Source: Podarcis melisellensis
Lineage: Eukaryota
Length of the DNA: 64,000 bases
Direction: 5' to 3' (one strand)
Assembly: GCA_964234715.1 (NCBI GenBank)
Contig: OZ174280.1
Shown here: in pieces, positions 53,001 to 62,200 of the stretch
Numbering within the stretch: position 1 is the first letter of the stretch
Layout of the letters: every line of letters begins with the position of its first letter
Position numbers and translations under genes: made by a program
The notes under the pieces: generated by a model
The model's database searches: none
What the model was told of the DNA's origin: nothing
What the model saw: only the letters and a program-made list of their open reading frames with translations

Positions 53001-56000
53001 CTGAACTATGATTCCTTCACAGACCACCATTCTTGTTTATAGTATGTGGTGGCAATAGTCAAAAGCATATCACCCAACCAAGTCGCATAGAAACAAAATG
53101 TCAGAAAAATTCAATTCAAATAAGCAAGAGGAAGTTTATGCTCTGTGAAACAAAATGTACTGCATAGAACAGTACAAATGGATCAGGCCTTAATTCAGCG
53201 CATCTCTTAAACAAATATCCCCAAAGCCTGGACACTGAATCATATATTGTGATAATGTGGATCTTAAATAATCCACATTGTATATGGAGCATATAAAAGT
53301 ATTGAGCAATATATCAGAGCAAAGAACAATTTCACCACTTACTGTAAAACCAAAGGCCTTCTTCATTAAAATTTCACGAACTGACCCTCGTTGTCCAGTG
53401 ATTGATTTAGGAGCAGGGAAAAGGAAATCTCTTGTATTTTCCTCATAAGTGGCTAGAATTTCTCCAACTGAAAATAATAGTTATAAATATGATGGGGGGG
53501 GCAGATATCACCTGCTGCCTCTTTTTTATCAAATATAGGCAAGCCAGACTGTATGCAAAAAGGATAGCCCAATCGAAGTAAAGCATTTTTGAATCCTACT
53601 AATTTCAATAGAAGAATTAAATACAGACCTATTTTTTTCCAACTAAAACCAATGGGTTATATTCAACTTTATACATACCCACTGAAATCAATGGATTATC
53701 AAGTTCTGCCTTCAATAAGTCTACTCCCAATATGACTGAAATGGAAAATTATCCTAAAGACCATTTAAGCAATTCTACTAGTTGTGCATTTGCCTTCTGA
53801 GCCCATACAACAGCAACATCATACAAGAACTGGAAAACCTGTTGCAGCAATGTTTCTAGATGATGGGTTGGGAACAGTATTAGAAACTTGATTCTTTCCA
53901 GAGCCTGAGCTCTCTGTGTGTGTTTGTATGCTGGGGGTATAAGTCAGATTTAGGGATGGGGTTTAAGTTTAAGTTACCATATTGCAAAATATTAAATTCT
54001 AGAAATGAACACTGTGAGACCTCATAAGAGAAAACAATAATCTAAAAACCAGGTGTGGTGTTTTTTTCTTTGCAAATATATAGGCCTTCAAAACATATTA
54101 CACATATAAACACATAGATTTACATAGCCATATAGGTTTTCTGGCTGATAATGGCATTTTAAAAAGCAGATCAGAGCTATCAGGAAAAAGCAAAAAATAT
54201 AAATATAAATCTAAACTGATTTTTTTAATCTATTCAAGAAAGCTCCCTGTTTAAAATTTATGGTCTCAAATTTTAACACATCAGCAAAAAAGAGCACCTT
54301 GTCAAAACAATCCAGAGCAAAAGTGATAGAAGGTTATGTTGTGTATTGAACATAATTGGTTATTAGCAATGTCTGTGCCTGAGAAGGAATGTTGCTTGTA
54401 AGTAGATACTGAAAAATAAGATTAATTCCCAGTGCATGATTGGATAATTACATAAATAGACAACAGCTGCATGATTGGCAGTTCAGTTATCTATGTAAAA
54501 TTTATTTTTATCAGTTTAACCAACCTTACAACTACAAAATAGACTATCAAGAATTTAAAATATGATACAAAATTCCACAATAAATCAAGTTTGAAACAAT
54601 ATTTCAATTAAAAGTGCCAATAAAAGTAACCCAGATGCAGCAAAATGACACCTCAGACATCTGAAAATGGAAGCAACTCCTGTTTGTCAACCACAGGCTC
54701 CTAGTCTGCTAACTGAATTCTACCAGAGGCAGAACGGCGAGGAGATTTTCAGTGGTCCCTTTTTCAATCTCTACCCCCCTGCACCAGGTCCCGCAAGAGA
54801 ATCCTCCATCCACCTGGACATAGAGGGCTGCACCTCATGGGAACATTTAGATATCGGTTTCCACTGAAAATATTCTGGATCCAACCAAATGTAAACTAGT
54901 GATTGCCCTAAAAAAATTAGCCCACCAAGAAAACAGACTTTTGAGATCCAGTGTGGTGTAGTGGTTAAGAGCAGTAGACTCGTAACCGGGTTTGCGTCTC
55001 CGCTCCTCCACATGAAGCTGCTGGGTGACCTTGGGCCAGTCACACTTCTTTGAAGTCTCTCAGCCCCACTCACCTCACAGAGTGTTTGTTGTGGGGGAGG
55101 AAGGGAAAGGAGAATGTTAGCCGCTTTGAGACTCCTTAAAGGGAGTGAAAGGCGGGATATCAAATCCAAACCCTTCTTCTTCTTTCCTTCCTGAAACCCT
55201 GGAGAGTATTAGCCATAGGGATCTTATGAGGGAGAACATAACATTACACTCTGCTCCCCCTTGCCCAGGTGGTCAAGACACTCAGTATGGAGATTCATCA
55301 GACATTTTACAAAAGTGGTTTAGAAAGGCAGTTTCTAGTATATCTGAGGACTAAAATATAAATGCACCTGTGTAGGCTCTGCACATGAGGAAACTGCAGA
55401 GTGAAGATCATAGAATCATAGAATGATAGAGTTGCAACTATCCTATACGGGGATCAAACCTGCAACCTTGGCGTTATCAGCACCACGCTCTAACTGAGCT
55501 ATCATATGGACAAACACAGGGAGGTAGCAGGGAAGAGGCTATTATCTTCCCTGGCGTAAGGATAGTGTGTATTGTGATTCTATGCAACAGTGGAAGATCC
55601 ACAGCTAAGGAAGGTTTATTATGCTGACTCCAATTAGTTGAGTACTATGCTGTTTGCAACCTGAGAAGCAGAGTCCTCTGCAATATGTTAGGCATTCATG
55701 AAAATTTCTCTAAAAACCTCCATAATTCATGAATTTATCAATACCTGGAGGAACAGTTTGTATTAATTCAAGTACTGTTGTGTCACCTAGAAAAAAAGAA
55801 GAAAACTATAGTCAGAAGTTGTTTTGAGATGCAAACAAAAAGCTTTACACCAATTTAACTTTCTCTAACCTGAACAGAAAAGGTTTGCACAATTTTGATG
55901 AGGCAATGATTAGCAGAGATGGATAGTGGACACATTAAGGGTGAAATAGTAGTGGAGATACTAGTTTTTAGCTTGTAAGAGCAGATGGGTTGACTGCTCT

Positions 56001-59000
56001 GACACTTAATATACTTTTATAGCTTATCATAATCAGATAATCCAGATACATATGGTACAACAGCTGCTTCCTGAGGTTGTTTAAGTGAAATCTTTATTCC
56101 TGCCATTTTGGAGGGGTAGCAGGAAGAATGCCCTTTGCTGGTTGCTCAGTTGGCTGTTGTTTTCCACCAGTTAGACAGTACTGAAGCAGACACTGGACAT
56201 GCACTATCTGAAGAAATAACATATGTAGATGTCATGGTACGCAGCAGACAGTCAAAACCTCCTGCACCCCTAAGACTAATATTTGAGACTCTGTGGCAGT
56301 ATAACACCCTTGAAGTGTGAAGGTAGGCTCAAATCCTCTGGTGTTCTGATTACAATATGTTTTGCTATCATAAGCATATGGCATAGATAATTTCCATATT
56401 TAGTGACATGTAATTCATAAAGTTGACACCTGCTCAATTAAAGGTAAAGGTAAAGGACCCCTGGTTGGTTAAGTCCAGTCAAAGGCAACTATGGGGTTGC
56501 AGCGCTCATCTTGCTTTTCAGGCAGAGGGATCCGGCGTTTGTCCACAGACAAGCTTTCTGGGTCATGTGGCCAGCATGACTAAACTGCTGGCACAACGGG
56601 GCACTGTGTCGAGTGCCAGAGCGCATGGAAATGCCATTTACCTTCCCACAACAGCAGTACCTATTTATCTACTTGCACTGCTGTGGTTTTGAACTGCTAG
56701 GTTGGCAGAAGCTGGGACAGAGCTACCAAGTAGTAGTATTAAATTGCAGCCTTCAAGTCAAGATTTAGCCTAAATCTTTCTCCCTTGTTTATTTAACATA
56801 CCCCACCTTTCTTCAATCATGGATAGCTCAGTTGGTTAGAGTGTGGTGCTGATAACACCAAGGTTGCAGGTTTGATCCCCGTATGGCAGAGTTCTCCAAA
56901 CTTTTTATGTTGGTGACACATCATGCATCAGTTCGTGACACAATAATTCAGTTCTATTAGCAAACCGGAGGTTAAACTAACCCCTTCCCAACCCTGGGAG
57001 GAGCGTGGAGAATGTTCAAATGGCACACCTACACACTGCAGCCGATACACTAACAGGTCCCGACACACAGTTTGGAAAGCTCTGCCATATGGGTTTGCAT
57101 ATTCCTGCATTGCAGGGAGTTGGGCTAGATCCTCCGGATCCCTTCCTACTCTACAATTCTAAGATTCTATGAAACTTAATGAAGCATACATGGGTTTCCT
57201 AGGTGGTCTTGGCCCAGGTATGGGTCAGACCATGATCTGCACAGCTTCATCAAAATGACCATTTTATGTTTTCCCCAGAATTAAAAGAAAGCTTTTGTTA
57301 ACTTGCTTTCTTGTATTGTCTTTAATCTCTTTGCCATCCTATTTTCACTCTCTTTCTCTCTCATATTCAATAGTGACTAGTAATATTTTGTGTTTTTCAG
57401 GGGAGGGGGCAGAGATTAGACTTATGACAAATCTCTGCAAGTGTGATAATGAGCAAAGGTTCACTGAATTTTAAAATTACAAAAGCACCAGTTATTCAAA
57501 AGATTATCAAAAATATTCCCAACTGAATACATAGCAATCCATAATTAAACTAATTCTATGGGTTTTCATCTAAAACTTAGTGAGATATTCCAATGAACAC
57601 AAACACATTCTCATTTTAACTTAGGGTGTTTTTTGTTTCCTTGGCACACCTTACTTTGAAACTTTCTTTTATTTTATTTTTTGATAAAGTGAAGATGACT
57701 TTATAGTACATTGCAACTGTCATTTTCTCATCATTCATAAAAAACCATACAGTGGTACCTCGGGTTACATACGCTTCAAGTTACAGACTCCGCTAACCTA
57801 GAAATAGTACCTCGGGTTAAGAACTTTGCTTCAGGATGAGAACAGAAATCATGCTCCTGCGGCGCGGCAGCAGCAGGAGGCCCCATTAGCTAAAGTGGTG
57901 TTTCAGGTTAAGAATAGTTTCAGGTTAAGAATGGACCTTCGGAATGAATTAAGTACTTAATCTGAGGTACCACTGTATTCTGGCTTTTTTCCTAATCTCC
58001 CATTGGCTTTTCATACTCCACACTTTAAAGTAATTTCATGCAAATAATATAATAGAGATAAAAAGTTTTTTAAAACCTACGTTCAAATAGTTCAACAAGG
58101 TCTCCTGGGTCAACTACATCAGTATATACCTAAAATGAAAATTTAAGAAAATGAAATGGAACAATTTGGCCTCAGCTATAACAAGGACATAGAATATGGC
58201 TACCATAATTTTAAAAGGAAAGGAAAAGGAAAACTGCAATCATTTCTTTCAAAGAGAAAGCAAAAACCAAGATTCATAATTTGGCACAGAGACAAAAGCT
58301 TTTTCACAGAAATAACCCATTTTCCTCTCTGATTTTTGCCCTTTCCAGTATTACTTTAGTCATATGTTCAACCATAAATTACAGGAATGTAAATCTGTGT
58401 TGCTTTCAAGACAATGGAAAAGCCCACTGCTTACTACCAAATGGGAGATGGTAGTCTTTATTGGTTACTTTATTAGGCACTTACTAATGAAGAGTAATGA
58501 GAGTATCAACTCACTTTTAGAGTGCATGATAAGATACACTTGTGAGAACTGACTGAAAGTGGTGTTAATTCTAGCAAGCTAGGCTGTATGGGCTGCAAAG
58601 ACCCATGTGGGCGGGTGGTGCCATAAGCCATGATACTCATGAGTCAGAAAAACTGCCTGTGAATAGCTACCTTCACTGAACAGCAAACAGGCCAGGAGAC
58701 TATGGATAATGCAAGACTGGGAAGGACTCACATATGCACCCTACAACAGAGTTGTGAACTTGCAGCTCTTCTGATGTTGGACTACAACTCTCATCATCCC
58801 TGGTCACTTGGTCATGCTAGCTGGTGATGTTGGAAGTTGCACCTCAAGAACATGTAGGGGTCACACTCCTGCCCTACAACCATTCTTGAATCAACTTATT
58901 AACTGTAAAATACGCAGTTTCCAACCTAAATATCAATTAACACTTGAACACAGGAACTGAGTTCCCATGTGGGTGGGCTTCCCTGTTGACTTCAATGTGA

Positions 59001-61847
59001 GGTCAGACATGTATGAATAGCAGGAAACTGTGCACAGGGCTAACAATAAACAGTTAAGGCAAAGAGGAAATCTTTGTTCATGCGACTGTATGTACATTGC
59101 ATTTTCCATCCATGTAAGTAGTGCTTAGATCAAAATGCCAGTAATGCACTGAATGTCATACCCAGGACACGGTGAACATTTACCTTTTCAAATATCAGTT
59201 TTTCATTAAATAGAAGGGGAAATATTGCACGAACAGACGATGTCTTCTTATATTGTCCTAGAATGCGGGCACTGATGTAAAGGTCATCTTTGGCTTTCAG
59301 GGTAACTCCCGGACATGTTATCTGGAAGATCAATGTTCAATTATGTCACAAAATTTGTATAGTTACTTGATGCCAACATGGGGTTGCTGCTAAAAAAATC
59401 TGCATCCCTATATTGAATTCTCTGTCTGCCCCTGCTCAGCATCTTTGGCTGCAGCTGCCACAGGCAAGGAAATGAAGCATATCATAATGTCACAACATTA
59501 AGTATGTCTACACAAACTTCTATCGATATGATAATGCAGTAATTTCATATAGTTTTGTTTCAGTTAAAAAAGCAAGAAAAGCATATTTCTACATGTTACA
59601 GGAGAGGGGGGAAACTAGATATGGCGATGCCATTTTCAGGAGCAGCCCTGTATCAAAGAGTGCAGCCTGTATTGAATTTTTAGTTCAAGCTAAGAGAAAA
59701 ATGAAACCAATATTGAAATGTGTGTTTATTTATTATTTACATTTATAGATCACCCTTCATCCAATAGGATCCCAGGGCAATGAACACCCAAGATAAAACA
59801 ATAAAACAATTTCAGCATAATTAAAGCATCACATTACACCAATACAACAGCTCAGCAGCTCCATTAGAATCATCAATTCCACTCACAGACCTTTCAAATG
59901 ACTGGGTGAAAAGAAGTGTTTTAAGCAGTTTTTTAAAAGTCATCAATTACAGGGGGTGGGGGGTCAGGATGGGGACGGCTGTATGCTGGGGGGGGTGGAA
60001 GTTCCACCAGCAGATTGCCACCACAAAGAAGGCTGTGGATCCCCCCTGCATCACTGTAAAAAGGCCCTTTCAACCAGTGAAACTGCAAGATCCTACACCA
60101 CCAAATTGCAGAACTCAACTTAGTAGATATGGGTGAGATGTTCCATCAAGTGATTGGGCCCTAACCTATTTAGGGCTCTACACATTAGAGTCAACACCTT
60201 GAATTGGGCTGACCGGCAGAAAGGGAGCTGATACTAGAGTGTTTAATGATTGTTTATCCACAAACAACCCCCAACCCATGCAGTCACATTTTGTGCTGGC
60301 TGCAGCTTCTACATTGTCCTCAGAGGAAGTCCCACATATAACATATTACAGTGGTTCAAATGGCATCGTATCAGAGCACAGGTCACTGTGGTCAGCCTAT
60401 CCCTGACACTCCTAAGAACTGAAGCCACCTGGGCCAGAAGTTAGTACCTGCTGCTTCAGGTAGAAAGAGACTCCATCTAGAACTGGTTCTCTCCCCAGTT
60501 CTCAGACATGAAAACCATTACAGTGGTACCTCAGGTTAAGTACTTAATTTGTTAAGTACTTAATTTCTGTTCTCATCCTGAAGCAAAGTTCTTAACCAGA
60601 GGTACTATTTCTGGGTTAGTGGAGTCTGTAACCTGAAGTGTATGTAACCTGAAGCATATATAACCCGAGGTACCACTGTATTGTTGGGCTTGAAGGGGGA
60701 AAGTCCCCCAGGATCATGGGGGGAATCCCAACATTTATTTGGGGATTCAGGGTCGTATAAACTTTACTTTGGAGTTCAGAGAAAGATGAACACTTCTTTT
60801 TTTCATGTTCCAAGCTTTCCAGCAAATAAAGAACAGGAAACAAGTAACCATCATCATGAACAAAGTTACAGCTTGTGGTTTGTCTGCCACATGCCCAGGT
60901 TTGAACAGCACACTAAGTCAAACCATGGCTTAGCTCACAGCAGTACAACTTGGAGGACAGGAGAAAGAGCAAAGCAACCATGATCTTTTCTCTGGGGACC
61001 TGCACGATCACACTAAGTCGTGATTTACCCAAGTGTTACATGCAAAACTTGTCACTCCTGCAAGTATTTTAGCAGCTGATTAACTGCATTCAGCACCAGA
61101 TGTGACCAACTCACATTCCACACAGGGATTGGTGCAGAGTTTGCGAAAAAGGCAAAACGTTGGCGTCTAATTGGTCAGGAGGAAATGGAGAGGAGGAGAT
61201 TTAATCTAACGGTTACTGAAGCATTTCAGGAAGTTTGGGGGGTGGGGAGGGGAGAAGAGGCAAAATGAAGTTTCCAGATGTACTCGAGAACGTCAGTCAG
61301 TAGAAAGGGGGAAAGAAAAAGTTGGATGGGCCAGTATTTTAGAAACAAATCAAATAAAATCACGTTTTCTGATTGGGCATCAGCGGCAGCAAGTGGGTCA
61401 CAGACCAGGCGCATCAGTCTTAACAAAGAGTCATGCACCCTCCCGATTTCCGCCAACACCGTTAGGAGGAATTAAAAAACCCCTGCCAGGATTAAGTCAA
61501 GAGTGCGCCCCACTCTCATTTTGGGGGGAGGGGTTTTATTTAGTTTTAAAGCAAGAGTGGAAGAACCTGAAGGCGAAAGAGCAGCCCCACAAAGGAAGAA
61601 AACTTTGAAGACTCCCCCAAATCGCTTCCTCCAGGTCTCTCCCGTAGACACCGAGGCGCCCCCTCCGCCCTGGCATCTTGACCCCCGTTCTCTGCCCCCT
61701 TTCCCGTCTCGCATTCCCCCGTGTCCCACCCAGAGGCCACCATCTTGCCCCCGCCGCGCGCGCTTAACCCTTTCCCCGCCGCCTATTTCGCCTCACCGAG
61801 CGGATCTGCAGCTCCAGAACGCAGAGGAAGCCCTTGCTTGGCGACAT
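34896..61847 (-). CDS. SPATA6: Spermatogenesis-associated protein 6, complete 13-exon CDS (489 aa)
   Basis: Exons in transcript order: 61847-61797, 59321-59184, 58129-58081, 55786-55745, 53467-53343, 51447-51367, 50053-49778, 48749-48662, 45709-45669, 43766-43585, 38305-38206, 37701-37577, 35067-34896. All GT-AG, in frame, sum 1470 nt. Motifs TCPGV, YEENTRDF, YEQPT, SPSPYTKRRMCEL, PPFVVR, LDDDDYW..HRAIFEDS..YRNMY match SPATA6. Confidence 0.88.
35380..37330 (-). other. Near full-length EBLG running into the L start (G-L order), SPATA6 intron 12
   Basis: FGTY vs FGSY; exact CSFAD (~36910-36924); DGTKAC vs NGTILC; NMICA vs NVTCA; WNQS vs WNES; YHL; DAGS vs DTGS; MWLG vs AWLG; then EEKAQKPL..ILGS vs L EEETPRPV..LLGT. 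Confidence 0.8.
37577..37701 (-). CDS. SPATA6: SPATA6 exon 12 (DESCLSKDD...)
   Basis: 125 nt, ccttag/gtaaag, phases fit. Confidence 0.82.
37850..38040 (-). other. Possible EBLG C-terminal fragment, SPATA6 intron 11
   Basis: SLPFFFLVPI vs GLPSFAFLNPL; single block. Confidence 0.3.
38206..38305 (-). CDS. SPATA6: SPATA6 exon 11 (FRSGW...EIHKRVRNIL...)
   Basis: 100 nt, ttatag/gtacgt. Confidence 0.9.
38950..40430 (-). other. EBLG, decayed, SPATA6 intron 10
   Basis: CSCSY...SLPHPFYNSCL vs CEVSY...SLPAVHTSCL; PQKCNCTSCC vs PFECNWFYCC; FAECS vs FADCS; LIPYVRSWWFC vs LRPTLKDAWEDC. Confidence 0.65.
40820..43450 (-). other. Multigenic endogenous bornavirus-like element, G(C-term)-M-L(N-term), SPATA6 intron 10
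   Basis: G: YGSGLSGMG vs TGSGWVHIG plus TM (~42700-42840). M: VRFKID vs IYFQID, FGIGP vs IGVGP (~42170-42420). L: LASPL vs LKNPL, IHLAYRH vs LHIAYQR, LSYSDYCEI vs LPHDDYFTI, KSWY exact. Confidence 0.62.
43585..43766 (-). CDS. SPATA6: SPATA6 exon 10 (...LLMHSAP...SLRE)
   Basis: 182 nt, cggcag/gtaatg. Confidence 0.88.
44460..44780 (-). mobile_element. LINE (L2/CR1-group) 3' ORF2 remnant
   Basis: KDLSSLDPKYLRNCIFPY resembles the YKALxxLGPxYL end of L2-type ORF2. Confidence 0.55.
45100..45630 (-). other. EBLN C-terminal half, SPATA6 intron 9
   Basis: ALLKINVIAY vs ATLTIPVVAY; ATFQVL vs TTYTTI; SIRH vs AIRH. Confidence 0.6.
45669..45709 (-). CDS. SPATA6: SPATA6 exon 9 (DPTLLGSYRPKNRK)
   Basis: 41 nt, ttttag/gtaagt. 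Confidence 0.87.
45780..46400 (-). other. EBLN N-terminal half, SPATA6 intron 8
   Basis: SKREGLDTRTNIIVLI vs SRRDMFHTVTPSLVFL; RDISMEVS...HC*SI vs RDLTELEIS...HCCSL; ATVL vs ATLL; WCSRTNTLGTF vs [11 protein letters not shown]. Confidence 0.68.
46730..46865. mobile_element. Palindromic hAT-type MITE
   Basis: CAGGCATAGGCAAACTC...GAGTTTGCCTATGCCTG, 8-bp TSD CTATAAGA. Confidence 0.88.
47470..47950 (-). other. EBLN N-terminal part, SPATA6 intron 8
   Basis: LTLLVP...HGGCP vs LCLLIP...HGGVP; RG..AARF vs RG..TAKF; MKKR vs IKKR. Confidence 0.62.
48000..48400 (-). other. Possible EBLG C-terminal fragment, SPATA6 intron 8
   Basis: IPYN vs IRYN; NTTP..SLH vs NMTP..SGH; DLLFPIYT vs DLLPYT; WIRVG vs WVHIG. 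Confidence 0.5.
48662..48749 (-). CDS. SPATA6: SPATA6 exon 8
   Basis: 88 nt, open frame, tttcag/gtaagt, phases fit neighbours. Confidence 0.82.
49500..49680 (-). other. Possible EBLG C-terminal fragment, SPATA6 intron 7
   Basis: DAGS vs DTGS; FPLHWI vs NPLGWL. Confidence 0.3.
49778..50053 (-). CDS. SPATA6: SPATA6 exon 7 (DNLDQ...PPFVVRR)
   Basis: 276 nt, attcag/gtatgt. Confidence 0.92.
50348..50589. mobile_element. Tc1/mariner-superfamily MITE
   Basis: TA|CAGTGGTACCTCGGGTT...GGTACCACTG|TA; same family as 32040, 57750, 60521. Confidence 0.88.
50680..51100 (-). other. EBLN central part, SPATA6 intron 6
   Basis: CSLLVGTALTSS vs CSLLIGVVIGSS; LNR; FNPLMEW vs FNPHEAIDW. Confidence 0.72.
51367..51447 (-). 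CDS. SPATA6: SPATA6 exon 6 (GIAPKLKF...)
   Basis: 81 nt, ttctag/gttagc. Confidence 0.9.
52250..52450 (-). other. EBLG fragment, SPATA6 intron 5
   Basis: FKNGISLA...EWL vs FGTGIASA...SWL; C..VNTHFFIW vs C..VNVTFMAW. Confidence 0.62.
53343..53467 (-). CDS. SPATA6: SPATA6 exon 5 (GEILATYEENTRDFLFP...)
   Basis: 125 nt, tttcag/gtaagt. Confidence 0.92.
54300..55350 (-). other. EBLL internal fragment (~aa 850-1070 of L), SINE-split, SPATA6 intron 4
   Basis: FCKMSDESPY vs FRGMSDPLPF; DP...RWMEDSLA vs DP...RWIEEAIA; FQMSEV vs FALSNV. Confidence 0.68.
54943..55182 (+). mobile_element. tRNA-derived SINE (squamate type)
   Basis: A-box-like TGGTGTAGTGG head, GGGTGACCTTGGGCCAGTC core, (CTT)n tail. Confidence 0.8.
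55745..55786 (-). CDS. SPATA6: SPATA6 exon 4 (DTTVLELIQTVPP)
   Basis: 42 nt, ttctag/gtattg. Confidence 0.9.
56200..56360 (-). other. EBLG fragment, SPATA6 intron 3
   Basis: HQRI*AYLHTSRVLYCHRV vs [21 protein letters not shown] (exact CHRV). Confidence 0.55.
56439..56722 (-). mobile_element. Sauria SINE, 5'-truncated
   Basis: TAAAGGTAAAGGTAAAGG tail and body similar to the other copies. Confidence 0.85.
56821..57170 (+). mobile_element. tRNA-derived SINE with internal insertion
   Basis: GGATAGCTCAGTTGGTTAGAG...GATCCCC head, ATTCTA tail; related minus-strand fragments at ~5350-5472 and ~55408-55503. Confidence 0.7.
57750..57975. mobile_element. Tc1/mariner-superfamily MITE (opposite orientation)
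   Basis: Same TIRs and TA TSD. Confidence 0.88.
58081..58129 (-). CDS. SPATA6: SPATA6 exon 3 (VYTDVVDPGDLVELFE)
   Basis: 49 nt, ttttag/gtaggt. Confidence 0.9.
58500..58730 (-). other. EBLG fragment, SPATA6 intron 2
   Basis: IIHSLLACLLFSEGSYSQAVFL vs [27 protein letters not shown] vs RVNVTF. Confidence 0.6.
59184..59321 (-). CDS. SPATA6: SPATA6 exon 2 (ITCPGV...IFEK)
   Basis: 138 nt, ttccag/gtaaat. Confidence 0.92.
59725..60480 (-). mobile_element. LINE (L2-like) 3' remnant
   Basis: Decayed L2-type 3' end with A-rich tail; similar decayed sequence near 13970-14360 and 32640-32820. Confidence 0.5.
60521..60678. mobile_element. Tc1/mariner-superfamily MITE, internally deleted
   Basis: Same TIRs and TA TSD. 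Confidence 0.85.
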
Positions 61848-62200
61848 TATGGGGAAGGAAGAGGAGGGCGGCGGCGGCGGCCCCACTGTCCCACCCGCCG
61901 GGTGGGGAGCCACCGGGTGGAGAGGTCGGAGAAGGGGACCTTTCGGTCCCCACACAGGACGTGCTGCACAACTAGGCCCCGCCCGCCGGCCCGCCCTGGA
62001 CGGACTCGGTAACTATGGCAGCCGGAACGCTAACGGGGCCCCTGAGGGTGGGGAGGGGGCGTGGCTAACGGAACCCTCGCTGCTTTGAAAAGCAAAGAGG
62101 GATTTTGAAAAGGACAAAATAATTAATTCAGAGCCCCCGGCGACCGTCACTTCCGGTTCCGAGTGCAGCGCTTGGCTTCCTCCATGTAGGGGGCGAGAGT
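61640..62200 (-). promoter_or_regulatory. CpG island / SPATA6 promoter
   Basis: Sharp GC and CpG enrichment around exon 1; GC boxes; TAACGG at 62031 and 62066; X-box-like GGTAACTATGGCAGC near 62008-62022; ETS-like CACTTCCGG near 62148. Confidence 0.8.
61797..61847 (-). CDS. SPATA6: SPATA6 exon 1 coding part (MSPSKGFLCVLELQIRS)
   Basis: ATG in CpG island, 51 nt, donor gtgagg. Confidence 0.88.

Noticed and set aside
56821-56885. tRNA gene
   Set aside because: tRNA-like head of a SINE with related decayed copies elsewhere in the window
20300-59540. Literal CRISPR-like repeat-spacer structure or a single intact provirus
   Set aside because: No conserved repeat between inserts; genes are redundant, out of genomic order and separated by host exons
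34896-61847. SPATA6L assignment
   Set aside because: 17-codon first exon, YEQPT/RRMCEL block, LDD..YW C-terminus and SLC5A9 adjacency fit SPATA6
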